Source of the DNA: Cirrosporium novae-zelandiae | Lineage: Eukaryota | Direction of reading: 5' to 3' | Length of the DNA: 64,000 nucleotides | Assembly: GCA_026023565.1 (NCBI GenBank) | Contig: JAPETS010000030.1 | Location: 124,001 to 188,000, forward strand | Shown: positions 38,891 through 52,133 of the stretch, one piece after another | Numbering within the stretch: position 1 is the stretch's first letter | Layout of the letters: every line of letters starts with the position of its first letter | The notes under the pieces: model-generated | Seen by the model: only the letters and a program-made list of their open reading frames with translations | Told to the model about the DNA's origin: nothing | Databases searched by the model: none | Translations under genes and position numbers: made by a program

Positions 38891-40722
38891 TGATATGATG
38901 TGTTGTATCTAGTCTGTGTGTGCATATGAGTGTAGAGTATTGCTGTGTATTATATCATATCATAGTCTATTATGTTAGAGTAAGTTGATATTTGTAACAT
39001 CCTCCCAGATGTCTGCTATAGCCCGAAGGCGACATGTAGACAATAAAATGAATTATCATCAATATCTTCCCATTTATTTATTTTTTTATCAAAGTCTTTT
39101 AACCAATCAACTTTTTGATTGGCGTGGTTGGCTGGGTTATTTCCTTTTTTATCAATCAAATGAAATAAGTAAGATAAGATATCGCTTAGATATTTGCATC
39201 ATCATCATCTTCATCGTCATTTCTTCATTTCAAAAGCAAGGATCTAGAAATTTGCAAAATCAAAAACAAAAATCTGAATTTAAAAAAACAAAAGTTTTCC
39301 GAGGCTCCGATTATTTCGGAGTAAAATAAGCAATAGATACCTAGGTAATTACCTATGCATGGAATTATCAAAGGTAAGACGGATTTTTTGCTATACCCGT
39401 TATCCGACAGGTTCAATACACTCATTACCTACCAAGTAGATGCCTGGGGTACAGTACAGTCAGTACTCTACACAGCCCCCCGCGCCTCTTCCAATGACAT
39501 ATTTCCCACCTTGTGCCTCAAATCAAATTTCTTGGCTTCTTGGACCGTTGAAAAAATTCTTGAAGCCAAGGATCTAAAATGCCTAAAGGATTTATAATGC
39601 TGACGCGTGGATGCACGGTAATCTATCAATCTCATGGTTGAATGCGTTCAAGGATGTTCTGTGGGTGTTCTGTGGGTACTCGAGTATAGGTCAATGGTCC
39701 ATACACGGTACAGTGTGTACATGATATGTACAACCTGTCATTCATGAGAAGTGGAAATTTTATGGAGATAATTTCATCACTGTCAACAGAATTTTGTCAT
39801 ATCATGTCATGCCTTGTTTGTACTCTGTGCTTGTGCTTGTGCTTGTGCTTGTGCTTGTGCTTGGGTTTGCTTGTGTGTTGGTGTTTCAGAGGTACAGTAA
39901 GTAGGATAAGTAGGCGCCCCGGTTTGCTTGACTTGAGGATATTCTCGAGGGGATTGGCTTGGCTTTGAAGTTGGGACCTATTGTATTGTTTGATTAAAAG
40001 TCCGTGGGGATTGAATGTGGGATCATGAATTTTTCAAAGACTGTAAGGCCCCCGATGGACGTTGTGGTTACATACGCACGGCATTTTGTTGGTGTTATTG
40101 TTGGTGGTTGGTCAATGATTTGGATGAATATCGGACCAGATCTTCGTGCATCCAATGTATCAAATTGTTGGTTGAACCGAACTTTTCTGTGGAGATGTGC
40201 TTTACCATAAACATGTGGGTTTTCGTAATAGGGCTTTTTGTTGTCGTATGAGATTTACTGTGGGATAACAAGTGAAGAGGAAAGATTTTCGATGGATGAT
40301 TGTAATTCGTAGATGACGCAGGTTGTAACATTAAAGTTGATGCCTCAGGATTAATTTGAAATCCTTGTTTTCTTGATTTTTGGTTGGTCTGACGGCGCTT
40401 GCAAGGATATCCTGTTGGTTGTCCACGAAGACTACTCGTCAGCATCAAATTCTTCTCTTTCCAGTACAGCGCTTATCTCTTAAATTAAATGGTCATGTAT
40501 TTTTATTACCCTTATTCTTTTATTTCCCCCACCAGATTGTTAAAATCATGATCACCTGCCATAGTTGGGCACGAAATACTCTGTAGATGGGCGATGAATA
40601 ACATGGATAACATGGGCATTCGTAAGATGACATCGAAGCATCCGGATATCCACGGCGAATCCCCACTCATCTCCACAGCCTTCTACTTTATCTGTTGATT
40701 AACGTTATTTGGAACCCTACGC

Positions 40723-40801
40723 TGACCTCTGGGTGATAGGATCTGATGGCCCGAGAAATGACCCTGGGTGATAGGGTCTAATGGCCCTAAACATGACCCT
40801 G
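40723..40801. repeat. Two-plus copies of a ~35-bp tandem unit
   Basis: tgacctctgggtgataggatctgatggccc / tgaccctgggtgatagggtctaatggccc / tgaccctg. Confidence 0.85.
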
Positions 40802-42957
40802 TGCATCATGCGTCCAAGTGCGTGTGTTGTCGTTGACTCGGGAACCGGATGTGAAATCAGTCATGTCGGAGCAGAATAATGGGGAAGCTTACTTGTACAC
40901 ATTATGATATTCGTCTCAAGGAAAGCCAACCAAGGTCGCTGACATCTTTCATGTTTCCACATTTTTGCTGCCTTGGACACAAGAGCTCATGGAGTGAAAT
41001 GGAGCAAACAATGGGGGCTTACCTGTACAAAACGCAACTTGTTCAATTTCCCTCTCGGACCCCACAATATTCGAGGAGATGAAAGTACCATGGTAATATT
41101 GAGTTTCTTTCTGGAACCAAGGAGATAGAAAGATATCCCTGTTTAGAGTTGGTTTCGGATAACACTCAGCATATCAGACTCATCCTTCTAGTTTCCTAAG
41201 CGTCAACGTCCTAAATCAGTCGTCCTTAACCAGTCGTCCTTAATCTATCCCCGCGACTCGGCCGGAGAATAACAAAGTCTGTAATACGCAAGCCACAAAA
41301 ACCATATCTGTCCTTTGAACTTGGGACATGGAATCTCATAACGAATATGGGTAAGGGTAGATGGTCTCAAAGGCCAGGCCCTGCAAGCCTCAAGTCTCAA
41401 GCCTCATTATGCAGATGTACTTTTGCGGGGAAGGGTAGGTGCATTTAAATATACTGTAGTGCATGAATATTCACCATTTGTTGGTGAAACGGGTGTCAGG
41501 CACGGTTATGTGCAGCTTTAGATGATGATTGGTAGTCGAGTTCAACAGATAGTTGAGGCATTTCGTTTCGAGTTGGTTTGGCATGAATCAATGTAGATTG
41601 TTGTCCATGCTAAACTATCTTATCACGCTTGTGAATAATGATCTGCAAAGGAGTTGGTTAATAGAAAGCTTGGGGTTTAGACCTCAATGCCCTATTTTTT
41701 TAGTAGTACACGTAGATTTTCCTCGAATGATTTGCTTGATTAATATGACTCATGAATACTGAAAATATATGATTGGATAAAAATTCAATATCAAATCCCC
41801 TAACTACTGTATTAGAATAGATGAAATTGACGGTTCTTCCCAAGGCTCGAGCTTTGAGCATCTGATTAATCTATATTCCAATCGTCCAAGATTTTGTACA
41901 TTGTGACCTCGGTCAAGGTTTAACCAAACCATAGTTCCTGAACTCTTTCAAGTTGAACTGATCCAAAGTTCGGTGCTCAGGGACTATCGAAACTTTGCTT
42001 CAATTGTCTTTTTCGAAAGACCTTGTTTATCCATGATCGCCATGTGCTTATGGTTGGGGTTTGAGAAAGGTAAACGGACAATGGTTGCCGGCGGTGAAGA
42101 AGGAGAAAAGGAGTTTTGTCGTTATTTTAAAACTACCTAAATAAGTAATGGGAAGATTTGTAGAAAAAGTCGGAAGACGGGCGCATGATGTTTCTTTGAT
42201 GGATTAGTTGTATGGATTGTACTCGAGTAATTTTGCTATTACAGGAGTAGGAAGTCGGAGATGGCCTCAGGCATAATTTTTTAGAACCCATGGCTGAATA
42301 ATTCGTCATGCCAAAGAATTTAATTTATGTTTAATATTAGATATCGGGTTCAATGACTTGAATAAAAAAATCATCATCGTCATACTTGATTACACAGGAC
42401 CTAGGTACACAGTAATTAAAAAGAAGTTCGGGGTTCACTTCAGGCATCCTCCGACAGGCACAGCATACAGCATAGTCTACCCGTATTCCCGTATTCCCGT
42501 ATTCCGCCACACTTGGCTCCTTGATCATTGGATAAATATTACCGTACAGCACAATACCTCTAGTACAACTTTCCTTCGCTGATCGCCTGGTTGTACACGA
42601 GTCGCTTGGCCGGCACAAATCTTGCTTCTGGACCTCTAAGCCTCTGTCGCTTTCGTACCCTCAACAAAGTACAACTAAATATGCTTAGTGAAGCATTGGT
42701 CCAATACCGTTCTTGTACTTTTGAACCCTTGATCAATGTGTGTGAATTCGGATAAGGGACGGGACCTGAGCCATTGCTTTATTTTGGTACCCTTCCTTTT
42801 CCAAAGAGGGTGTGAAGGTGGGTTGCCAGCATCCGTGATAGCTTTTGATACTTAAGTCTGGGGAAGCTCCTTTTTTTCTGGTCATATTTTCTACACTCAT
42901 CTTCTACAGACTGACTGCCTTACCAACCTCCAACCTTTTTTGATCTATACCTTCTAC

Positions 42958-43242
42958 ATGCACGCTGTCACCATGTCTGCAACAACAGCAACCACAAACA
43001 CCACGGCCAAATCTAAATTCGTCGAACTTGGCCTTTCCACCCTTTCAACTCATCATCGAAATCCCTCTGATCTTGATGTTCGTCTCGAGGATATTCTTCT
43101 TGAATACAAGTCACATTCACGGTCACCTTCTTCTGCCTCTGCCAGTGGAACCAGCAATGCCAGCACCGACACAAGAGAGATTGAAGAGAGCAAGAGCCCT
43201 AAAAGCCCCAGGAGAAGGCTGAAGAGATTTTCTAGAGGTTGA
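42958..43242 (+). CDS. Small hypothetical protein (~94 aa) with a basic C-terminus
   Basis: ATG after a CT-rich leader; protein-like composition (DLDVRLEDILLEYK; KSPRRRLKRF, NLS-like). No family recognised. Confidence 0.55.
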   Translation: MHAVTMSATTATTNTTAKSKFVELGLSTLSTHHRNPSDLDVRLEDILLEYKSHSRSPSSASASGTSNASTDTREIEESKSPKSPRRRLKRFSRG

Positions 43243-45119
43243 AGGCATGTGAATAGAAAGACATGGAGTCAGGCTCCAGAATTCTTTCATATTGGCCTTG
43301 GTGATGGACAACAACATGAATGGCTCCCATATCGGGCCTCTACACCTTGCCGAAGCTGACAACTTCCATCCATACAACTATTACTGTGGTCAGCCGCCCC
43401 AAATAAGCTGCATCGAGCCTTGCACGTGTGCTTCAATGCACCCTCCTTTACAGTCTTATGGTTACCCAAACAACAACCTATGAAAGATGGTGACTTTCCA
43501 AGTCACAAATCTACCCCACATCTCGTTCTATCATAATAGATCTTTTGGGTTATTACTTTCGAAAGTAGTGTGACAATGAAGCCGCTTCGAGCACGTGACT
43601 GGTGGAAACGGTAACGCCACAATAGGATGAACGCTTTATAAAGTCATTTACAAAGCCATTTACAATAACCACATGCAATATAGATATTGAGGGACGGATA
43701 TCCTTTTTACATATTGTCTTTTTGGGATCCCATGGGAACTTGAGCTTGCTTATGCTTGCTATGAATTATGATCAATCAACGAATAACCATTCGAACGATC
43801 AAGAGAGAGGGCTTAGGTCTGCAATGCAGATTAGAAAATAAAATCATTTCAAACTTTTAAAACTTTAGTAGACACGATACATTTAATTTTTTGGTTTTTA
43901 CATTTTCACAGCAAATATATTGGCCGTCCTTCCTAATAATAAATAAGCCATAACCCTCCCTCTAGCCTATACCAAATCAAGATAATTTAGCAGTCCATAC
44001 ATGTACTTCATAGAGGCAAAAAGAACTTTGTCTCTCTACAAACAAAAACAAAAAACATAACCAAAAAATCTTGGAAATTCAAAATCCCGTTAATTATGAA
44101 AAGTTTTGCCTCCCCTACCTAGACTAAGAAAGGATTTTTTTTACCAAACCTGTGACCCCCGACGGCGGCGAAGGCGGCCCGCCAAGTCTTGGGTATTACC
44201 GAGTAAAGTTTTATTTGTGGGGTTAGGTATCTAATTACGGGTAAGTTAAGCAGGGGGGTAAAATACGGAGGATACCGAGGATGGATATTACGGGAGGGAG
44301 GAATTTGATTAATTATTATATCTCAATTGGTATAGTAATTATTTCAACCCTTTTGTTTAAAGTACATGTAATTACCTCTTTGATAATTAAAAAGAAAAGG
44401 AAAGAAAAGAAAAAGAAGAATCATCTCGGTCAGTCAGTTACTCAGTCACTTATTTGAATTAATAGACCAGTACCAAAAATACCGGTTTTGTGTAATTATG
44501 ACAATTATCTAATTATCCAAAGTTCTAGAACCAAACACAGGGCCATTCCATCCCATCAATCGTTGGTCTGATTGATTACCGGTGGAACGAACCTGTCTTG
44601 TCTGTCTAACGGAAGACGCATTGAGCCAAACCAACGCGGGAAGAACTTCGGGATATCTAATAATTCTCTTTTTGCAATAGACGTTCTACTCGATGAACCT
44701 AATTGCCTTATTATCGGTTTTGGCATGGCGTGGCATGGACGGTTGTTGTTGGGGGCCATTTTTTGTATCTGGGTAAGACTATGTCAACTCTTGTCTGCTG
44801 GCCAAGAGAGGAATGGCTTTTATTGTATGTTTGATTTTACCTACTGAGTTATAATGTGGAGTGTTATGAACTTTTTGTTTTATATTCTTGGGTTTTGACA
44901 AAGTGGTTAAGTAATATGTACATGTACATGTGTATAGCATTGATGACTTGATGCAAATTGATGCAAAATGCTTTTTGGCGGCGGTGGTGGTGGTGGCAGT
45001 ATATGGAATATGGAATGTAAAAGAGAGTGGTAGGTTTTCTTTTCTTTTTTTTTTTCTTTCCTTTTCGTTCATTCATTTAATTCAGATGTTACATGTGCAT
45101 ATTGTTGGGGTTTTGATAT

Positions 45120-47050
45120 TGTCGTGAACAACGCAGGCAATCTTCAATTTTGGATAATCACAAATCTTCTATATAACCACCTTGCGGTTTATATCTAGTT
45201 ATTCAGGCCAACGATCTATAAGGAAAGGAAAAAGGATACTAGGGAGTCGACTGCCTAGGATGCCTAGATCAGGACGTTGTGCAGTTGCTGCTGCTGGGAC
45301 CCAGGAATTTGGTTTTTCCTGGGTAAATACTAGAAGCCTTGAGCATTGGAGCCCTGAATACGTGCTTTCAGCCTTGTTTCTACTGATTTGGATTGACTGT
45401 CGCTGGCTTATCCTGCTTATTTGGTCGATATACGCCATACATGCCTTGCAGAAACCACCGATTACTGACAGCCGCACTGAGGTCTCTACTGGGGAATCTA
45501 CTACCCCAGCTACTACTACTACCACCACTACTACTGCGCGGCCTACCTACGTATCTACCTACGTATCTACCGATCCGCCTACTAAATTACCTATTATCGA
45601 GCTTTCTGTCGAACCTACTGTCGAACCTACTGTCGAATCTATTATCGAACCTTTTATCGAACCTTCCACCGAGCCTTCCACCGAACCTTCTATCGACCTG
45701 CCTACCGATCTACCTACTGAAGGATCTATTGAAGCCTATATCGAAGACCTACCTACCGAGAATTCAACCGAAAGCCCTTCCGAGATACCTAAAACTGCTG
45801 TTCAGACCACTATTTATACTATGGCGTATTGGCCTCCGCCTAGCTCTGCTGGCGCCCCTAGATTCAGCGGCGTCGACGTCACCGATTTTCTAGAACAATG
45901 GGATTTCCTCTGCGGGGATAATGGCGTCAGAACTGCAGACCAATTTACAAGGCTGCAGCTGTACGTTGACCCGGAATACCGTTGGGATGTGGCCTTAATA
46001 GACGGATATAAAGAGCACGACTGGGACCTATTCGTGGCTAGTATGCGGGAGGAATATTATGACTGGGATTCTACGCAGCAGAAATATACGGAGGCACATC
46101 TAATAGACGTCGTATATACGTTTAGTCAGGATTTTGGCTCTAATTCTAGTCCTAGCCCTAGTTCGAGGCAGCTGAAGAAATACTGCAGGACTTATTTGGA
46201 TATCGTCAAGCATTTGGACGCCGAATTTATAACTGACCATTGGAAAAGTAGGCTGTTTCTACGTGGACTACCTAAGCACGTGCTGCGTCACCTCGCCGAC
46301 CAGGACCTTCTTAGGAAAAACTGCCCCTTCCAGGCTATTTATAAAGAAGCATTGGTGGTGGTCAGGCGACTATCTGAGCTAGAAACCTTGGAGCGAGAAA
46401 GGCAGGCTTACAAAGCCCTGATTACCCCTGTTTCTACTGCTACTTCTACTGTTGTTCCGACTGCTGCTCCGACTGCTGCCCCCCCCTATTGATATTGCGC
46501 CTAAGGAAGCCCTAACTGTCCCTATTTATACCGAGCCGCTGGATCGACTACCTATTTCTAGTATCCCTGTCGGAAAGACTGACCGACCATCTAAACGATC
46601 ATCTAACCGACCACCTGACAGATCTTCCCGGGGCTAATATAGCCTAACCGATATATCTACCTGGTGGTTTTCGTCGCTCCGAACAATATGGTGTCGTTTC
46701 CAGCCCGCTTGGAGCGAAGCTCGCAGAATTACGGCCGGATTTAGATCCAGGGTCTAGGCACTAGTATTCTAGGGAGTCACTATATCGGTACTCCGGATGC
46801 CCACGTCAGTATTCTAGGGATTCACGTTTTGGTTTTGGACCTCGGCTTAGCCCTAGGGCTTGTTTTGAAAGTCGGCGTAAAAAAAGGGGCGCATTTCTAG
46901 GATCCTAGGGATATTTGGGCTTTGTTTTTTTTTTGATGTGCAGTCGACTGCTTTGGTGGGTGGAGAGATATATGTCGTGGAGTAGGCCTACAAGCTCTAT
47001 TAACCGAGCCCAAGCGAGGGTATTTAGCGAGGACTTCTAGGAAGTGGGTG
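45120..47050 (+). mobile_element. Gag-only LTR-retrotransposon relic (Ty3/gypsy-like) with RIP-like composition
   Basis: Gag-like ORF with no pol. Purine tract GGTGGGTGGAGAGATATA directly before TGTCGTG at 46973, and another TGTCGTG at 45120. TpA-rich and CpA-poor. Boundaries approximate. Confidence 0.6.
45182..46492 (+). CDS. Retrotransposon Gag-like protein; real start uncertain (ATG 45821 begins the conserved domain)
   Basis: APRFSGVDVTDFLEQWDFLC...QFTRLQLYVDPEYR...DWDLFVASMREEY.DWDS.QQKYT...LKKYCRTY...RLFLRGLP resembles fungal LTR Gag capsid. Preceded by 12-bp STEP/TVEP repeats. Confidence 0.65.
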   Translation: MRFISSYSGQRSIRKGKRILGSRLPRMPRSGRCAVAAAGTQEFGFSWVNTRSLEHWSPEYVLSALFLLIWIDCRWLILLIWSIYAIHALQKPPITDSRTEVSTGESTTPATTTTTTTTARPTYVSTYVSTDPPTKLPIIELSVEPTVEPTVESIIEPFIEPSTEPSTEPSIDLPTDLPTEGSIEAYIEDLPTENSTESPSEIPKTAVQTTIYTMAYWPPPSSAGAPRFSGVDVTDFLEQWDFLCGDNGVRTADQFTRLQLYVDPEYRWDVALIDGYKEHDWDLFVASMREEYYDWDSTQQKYTEAHLIDVVYTFSQDFGSNSSPSPSSRQLKKYCRTYLDIVKHLDAEFITDHWKSRLFLRGLPKHVLRHLADQDLLRKNCPFQAIYKEALVVVRRLSELETLERERQAYKALITPVSTATSTVVPTAAPTAAPPY

Positions 47051-49409
47051 AGATAGATGATACGATTGGATGGGATTATAATTTGTTTTGTTCCTTTTTT
47101 TCATTATTGTATGTCCCCAAGTGAGGAGGACTCCTTGGCTCTTCTTGAATCCTATCCAATATATTTTCTTCTTTTTCCTCTTGCTTCTTGCTTTCTTGGA
47201 GTCGGGGCATTTCTCCTAAACTTATCTCATGGTCTTTTTGGTGTGTAAACGGAGACTGATATATCATATCATCATATAATCTATGTCGAGAGTTATCAGC
47301 GTCCAGGCAGGACTCTACCAAAGAATTCATCCATCATCAATTGAACATACATATACACTATGACTACATCTCCATATTTCCAACAAAGCCGTTTCTAGCC
47401 CTTCCAGAAGCCAATCTAATCCACCTAGGTACCTACACACCAAGTAAGTGTCCCAAACAGTCTTTCAAAAAAAAAAATCAAACAATAAATGACGTCTCAA
47501 AACTCTCGTGTCATCTTCAAAATCTCGGCAAATCCCCGGCCATGGTTAATCAACGATAAAGAAACTCAAGGTCCCAAACCAGATAAGCATAGACTATAGT
47601 CTACTGTACACGCATACATACTACTCTACATCTCAGTTTAAACCTTATATTCGCTCGCTCTTTTTTTTTTTTTTTTTTTTAAAGAAAAGCCTAACTATAT
47701 CTAGCTAAATCATTCCCAATCTACTGTACTTGACCCGAATTCAAGGAAAAACGAAACAAAGTCTTGGGAACAGCTTTAAAAGATTACGAAAAACTACTTT
47801 CAGTAATATATGTTTATGTGGGGGAACCCCACTAAAAGGTGTACGTATGCACCAATTAATTACCAGATTTACAACTATTACTTTAGCTTATTCTCGAAAG
47901 GAGATTTTCTTCTTCTTTTTCTCGTGTTGAACATAGGTTTAGTGTAATGTGGGAATTTTTTTGAAATTAACTTTTTTTTTTCCACTTGTGTGAGCAGGTG
48001 AGATGCTATGACGATGAGGTAGGTCTATGCTTTCAGCGGAAAGGCTTTGTTATAGACCGAGGTTTGTTTAATAAGCTGTGGCTATTATGAGAGAGGAGGC
48101 TTGATATATCTACTTCTTCCGTTCTCTTCTCCGAAATCCGAGAGTTTTTTTGTCCTATCTTCCCAGACTTTGTATTCCTTGTACCTGTACCTGTACCTGT
48201 GCTTGATCCATCCTAACGTTCGGTTCCAAAGTTGAAGTTGGGAAGTTGGATGCCCTTTGCAGTTTTTTGGCTTAATTAATTAACATGTGGAAACTTAAGT
48301 TCGAAAGTAATTAGCAAGACCCATGCATGCATGTAGAGTATGACTTTCAAGCCAACAATTTTTCATACGAAAGAAAGAAAGGAAGAAAGAAAGAAAATTC
48401 AAGTTCGGTTGCTTTTATTTCCTTGGATTTTTATCAATTGCTTTTTTCCTTTTCCTTTTTTTTTCGGAATAGTTCTAGGATAACGATTAAGAAACCGTCA
48501 AGATTCTTTTTCGAAAAGGGTATATATCAGTTTCAAAGTTTATAAAGAAATGTGAAAGTTTTGTCGTTGTCGTTATGTGTTCCTCATACTAAATATCCTC
48601 CTCCTGTCCCGTTGCCCTTTAGTCCCTCGGCTCCATAGGCCTCAGGTATATGTATGTCTATATTAGCCCTCAAACCCAGGATTTATATATAGAAAAGAAA
48701 ACGCTACAGTATTTGAATCTAGGGAGAGATCGACTTGGTAAAGACAGGTACTGTACGATCGACGTTGGGATTACTCGCCTGGAAGGATCGTGCTGGGGGG
48801 GGAGGAGGTTGGAGATCCTCAGTGCAACCATCGGTGCCGAAGGGGGGGGCGTGGTGCTAGATAATCTAACTGTAAGCCACATCGGCGCCAGTGTTATCGC
48901 AGAACTGGTTGTTAGATTAGTTGATGAGTTGTGTTAATAAAGTGAAGAGGGTCTTTTGCGGTTCCTTTTTGGTTTTTTTTGCCGAGGCTTTGGGTTTGGG
49001 GGGTCGGTCGGTTGGTCGGGTCCCTGGCCGGGCCGAGGCTGTCAAATCTTGCCCTTTTCCTTTTCCTTTTTCTTTTCCTTTTCACAGCGTTCTCTTTCTC
49101 TCCTCTCCTCTCCTCTCCTTCTCCGGATAATTATCCAAGAGTCTTCTTACCAGTTTTCTTGCCTTTCCAATAATCTTCTTTCTTTTCGAATAGAATAGCA
49201 CGGGCAGCAACTGGTGGTGCTTATTTATTTTACTTTGATTTTTTATTTTAATGAGTTGAGTTGGGTATTGCTATCTTGTTTAATCTTGTGTTTAATTAAT
49301 TGGGGGGGTTTTTTATGTCCCTTGAATTTGGAATAATGCTCATTATGGGGGAGTAGAGTAGACCTCCGTATCCCTAAAAAAGAAGAGAAAAATTGAACTT
49401 GATAGACAA

Positions 49410-49445
49410 AAGAAGAAGAAGAAGAAGAAGAAGAAGAAGAAGAAG
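49410..49445. repeat. (GAA)n trinucleotide microsatellite
   Basis: About 12 consecutive GAA units. Confidence 0.9.
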
Positions 49446-52133
49446 CCCCTCCCTCCCTCATATGAGTTGGTTTATCATCTATATCATTGAGGTTGAGAGG
49501 ACACAACACAACAACCATCCATCTACCGAATAAAAATTTTCCCCGAGTTATTCTTATCCTTGTCCCCCCCCCTTCCTTCTTGCACAAGTTCCTCCTTTCA
49601 TTCATTCATAACTATGTATGGAAATTATTTTGTGTGTGTGTGTATCCATATATTTTTCTACTTTCTACATCCAACGCAATGAATGACATGAGGAGTTGGG
49701 AACTAGGATAAAAATGGCATTCATCTTGAGAAAGATATCACCCTACCCACCCTCCCCCGGACTCGGACTTTTTTGAGTTAGATGGGATGGGATAGGATGG
49801 GTATAGGTTAATATTGTGGAGGGAGGGGAGCGAGGTATCATTGTTTGGAAAGGAAAGGGACTCTCTTAGGCTATATGCTGGGATCTGGACTCCATTTATT
49901 CAAAAGATCGATTTAATAGGGATACAGTACAACCACATCTATGCACATCCCCAAATCCCCAAACCCCGCAATATTCACCGCCCACCCAACTTCCATTCGA
50001 ACATCTGAGAAGGGTGTCCTGTTTGTACTGTATTGCATACAAGTTTGGACGTCTCTCTCTTAAAAAAAATTATATTTATCTAGCCATCTAGCTATTGGAT
50101 CTATATTTTTTGGTTTTGGTATTTGTATTTGGGGATGGAGAGATGGGTTTTTGGGAGGAATTAGGTGAATGGTTTATTTGATGTTTATTCGTTTAGGGTT
50201 CAAAGTTCGGATATTTGGGTGGTAGGAGTAGTAGTAATATGATCAAGTGAGTATAGGGTGATGATGATGATGATGATAATGATGGCGGTAGTGGTGGTGG
50301 AGGCCTCAAGTCGTCGCTGTCGGTGTGTGGGGAGGGTGAGAAGGAGGGGGGAGAATAATTCAACCCACATTATCATCATCATAATAATAAAATTGGGGTT
50401 CTCTCCTTGCTGGATGGAGAGTGGAGAGTGGAGAGTGGGTGTTTTGGGTGGCTAACTCCACGATAAGATATGGAATGGGAGGGGATGGAGATGGAGGTTG
50501 GATTGAATTATTGAGTCCGTAGAGATTATATGAACGAACGAATTCATGCCTTGTATTTCCCCTACCTACCTCTCTACCCCTCTACCTTATCAGACAGACA
50601 GACACATAGACAGTTAGACAGACACACAGTCAGATAGACGTGATGGCATTTAGAAATAAAAAATAAAAATAATAATTATTATTATTATTATTATTATACC
50701 CCCTTAAGTCCTACTTACTTTTCTTCCCTCCCACCACCCACCCCACCCTCGAAGACTAACATGACTTGGCTCCATTGTGAACCAGGACAGGACGGGATGT
50801 GGGATGAGGCATATGGATCCATCTAAGCAAGGCCCGACGGTCTTCCGGGAAGAAGGAAAGGAATGGAAACCGATCAAGAAATGAGAAGAAAAAGAAAACG
50901 AAAACGGGTACGGGAAGTCGGGGTCTAGGGGCATGTGTATATTGACTGGGTGGTTGTGTTCTCTCAATAAGCCCTGTCTCGTACTGAAGAAGTCGCATCT
51001 CGCCATCCTTGACGCACTTCCCTCCCCCTCCTCCCCACAATTTGTAATATGCATTATGCATGTGTTCGTTGTGGGGTGGATTGCGTCTTGCGTTTTGCCA
51101 TTTCTAGGCAGGGGAGGGAGGAGGTGAGCGGTTTGGCGAGGTAGCTCGAGGGTTAGAGGTATTGCCATTACCTCAATACACACTATTAATGGGTGTAGAA
51201 ACTCATAATGGCTGGATCCCGTTGCTGGAGATGTTAGGGTTATTGGACGGTCGGTCGGTCGATGGGAATATATTCACGTAGGAGGTGTGGGATAGAACTG
51301 TAGTTTGAATGGTATAGGAGGCGGAGGGGGGGGTGAAGTAGAGGAACTATTGTTTGGTGGCTATTTTAGAGGATCGGGTTCTGTCTTTGAAAATGAGCCT
51401 TTGAAAGCTAGAAAAGAAAGTAGAGATAACTGGTTTGGTAGGTCCCGATAACTTACGGAATAACCCGTGAGATTCAGAACTTGGAATCCTCTTCCAGTGG
51501 CTAGGGATGATGTTATGTAAGGATTATGATAGGTCAGATAACTATTTTCAGGCAGAATCAGGTATCAACTTCTTTACTGAACCATATTGAGCCTCAAGAT
51601 CTTATCATTAGACCAATTGACCCCCCAGTTCTATCCCCCCTGCTAATTAGCGATAGCCATTGGAAGACGCTTTAGGAGATAACTGATAGACTGGATGAAG
51701 TCTTTTATTCATAATCTTGGTATTATACATCACCGCTACAAACACCCTTCTGCGGCACGCTTTCATCCTAACTTCCCCTATCGCTATTCTAATTCCATGA
51801 CCACATCCAAGAAAATTAGGCGACCTTTGCAAAAAAACAAAATAGGAGATTATCGTTTTGGTTACGACTTCCGGGTACCTTCTAAACACAGGAGCCATTG
51901 AAAAGGCCGATTTTCAACATGTTCGCTGATTCGCTGGCTGAGGCAGGGAGTCACTCCCAATTCCTGTTTGTTTCTCTAGGGTTCGGATTTTCCGCTGGAG
52001 CTGAGTAACCCCTTGTTATTCGTGTCCATATTATCTTGCGTCAATTGCGATGGACTTCCATTCATAGCATCATGCAACCCGAGCTGGTATTAAGCATAGC
52101 CTTGTCGCTAGACTTACTATCCATGATCACCGC

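Noticed and set aside
37500..39000. Hydrophobic or low-complexity ORFs (also 300-1360 and 49000-51200)
   Set aside because: Translations of microsatellites and homopolymer runs.
47076..47340. 84-aa acidic minus-strand ORF or a C/D-box snoRNA (TGATGA...CTGA)
   Set aside because: No supporting exons or motifs; the boxes are too close and lack a terminal stem.
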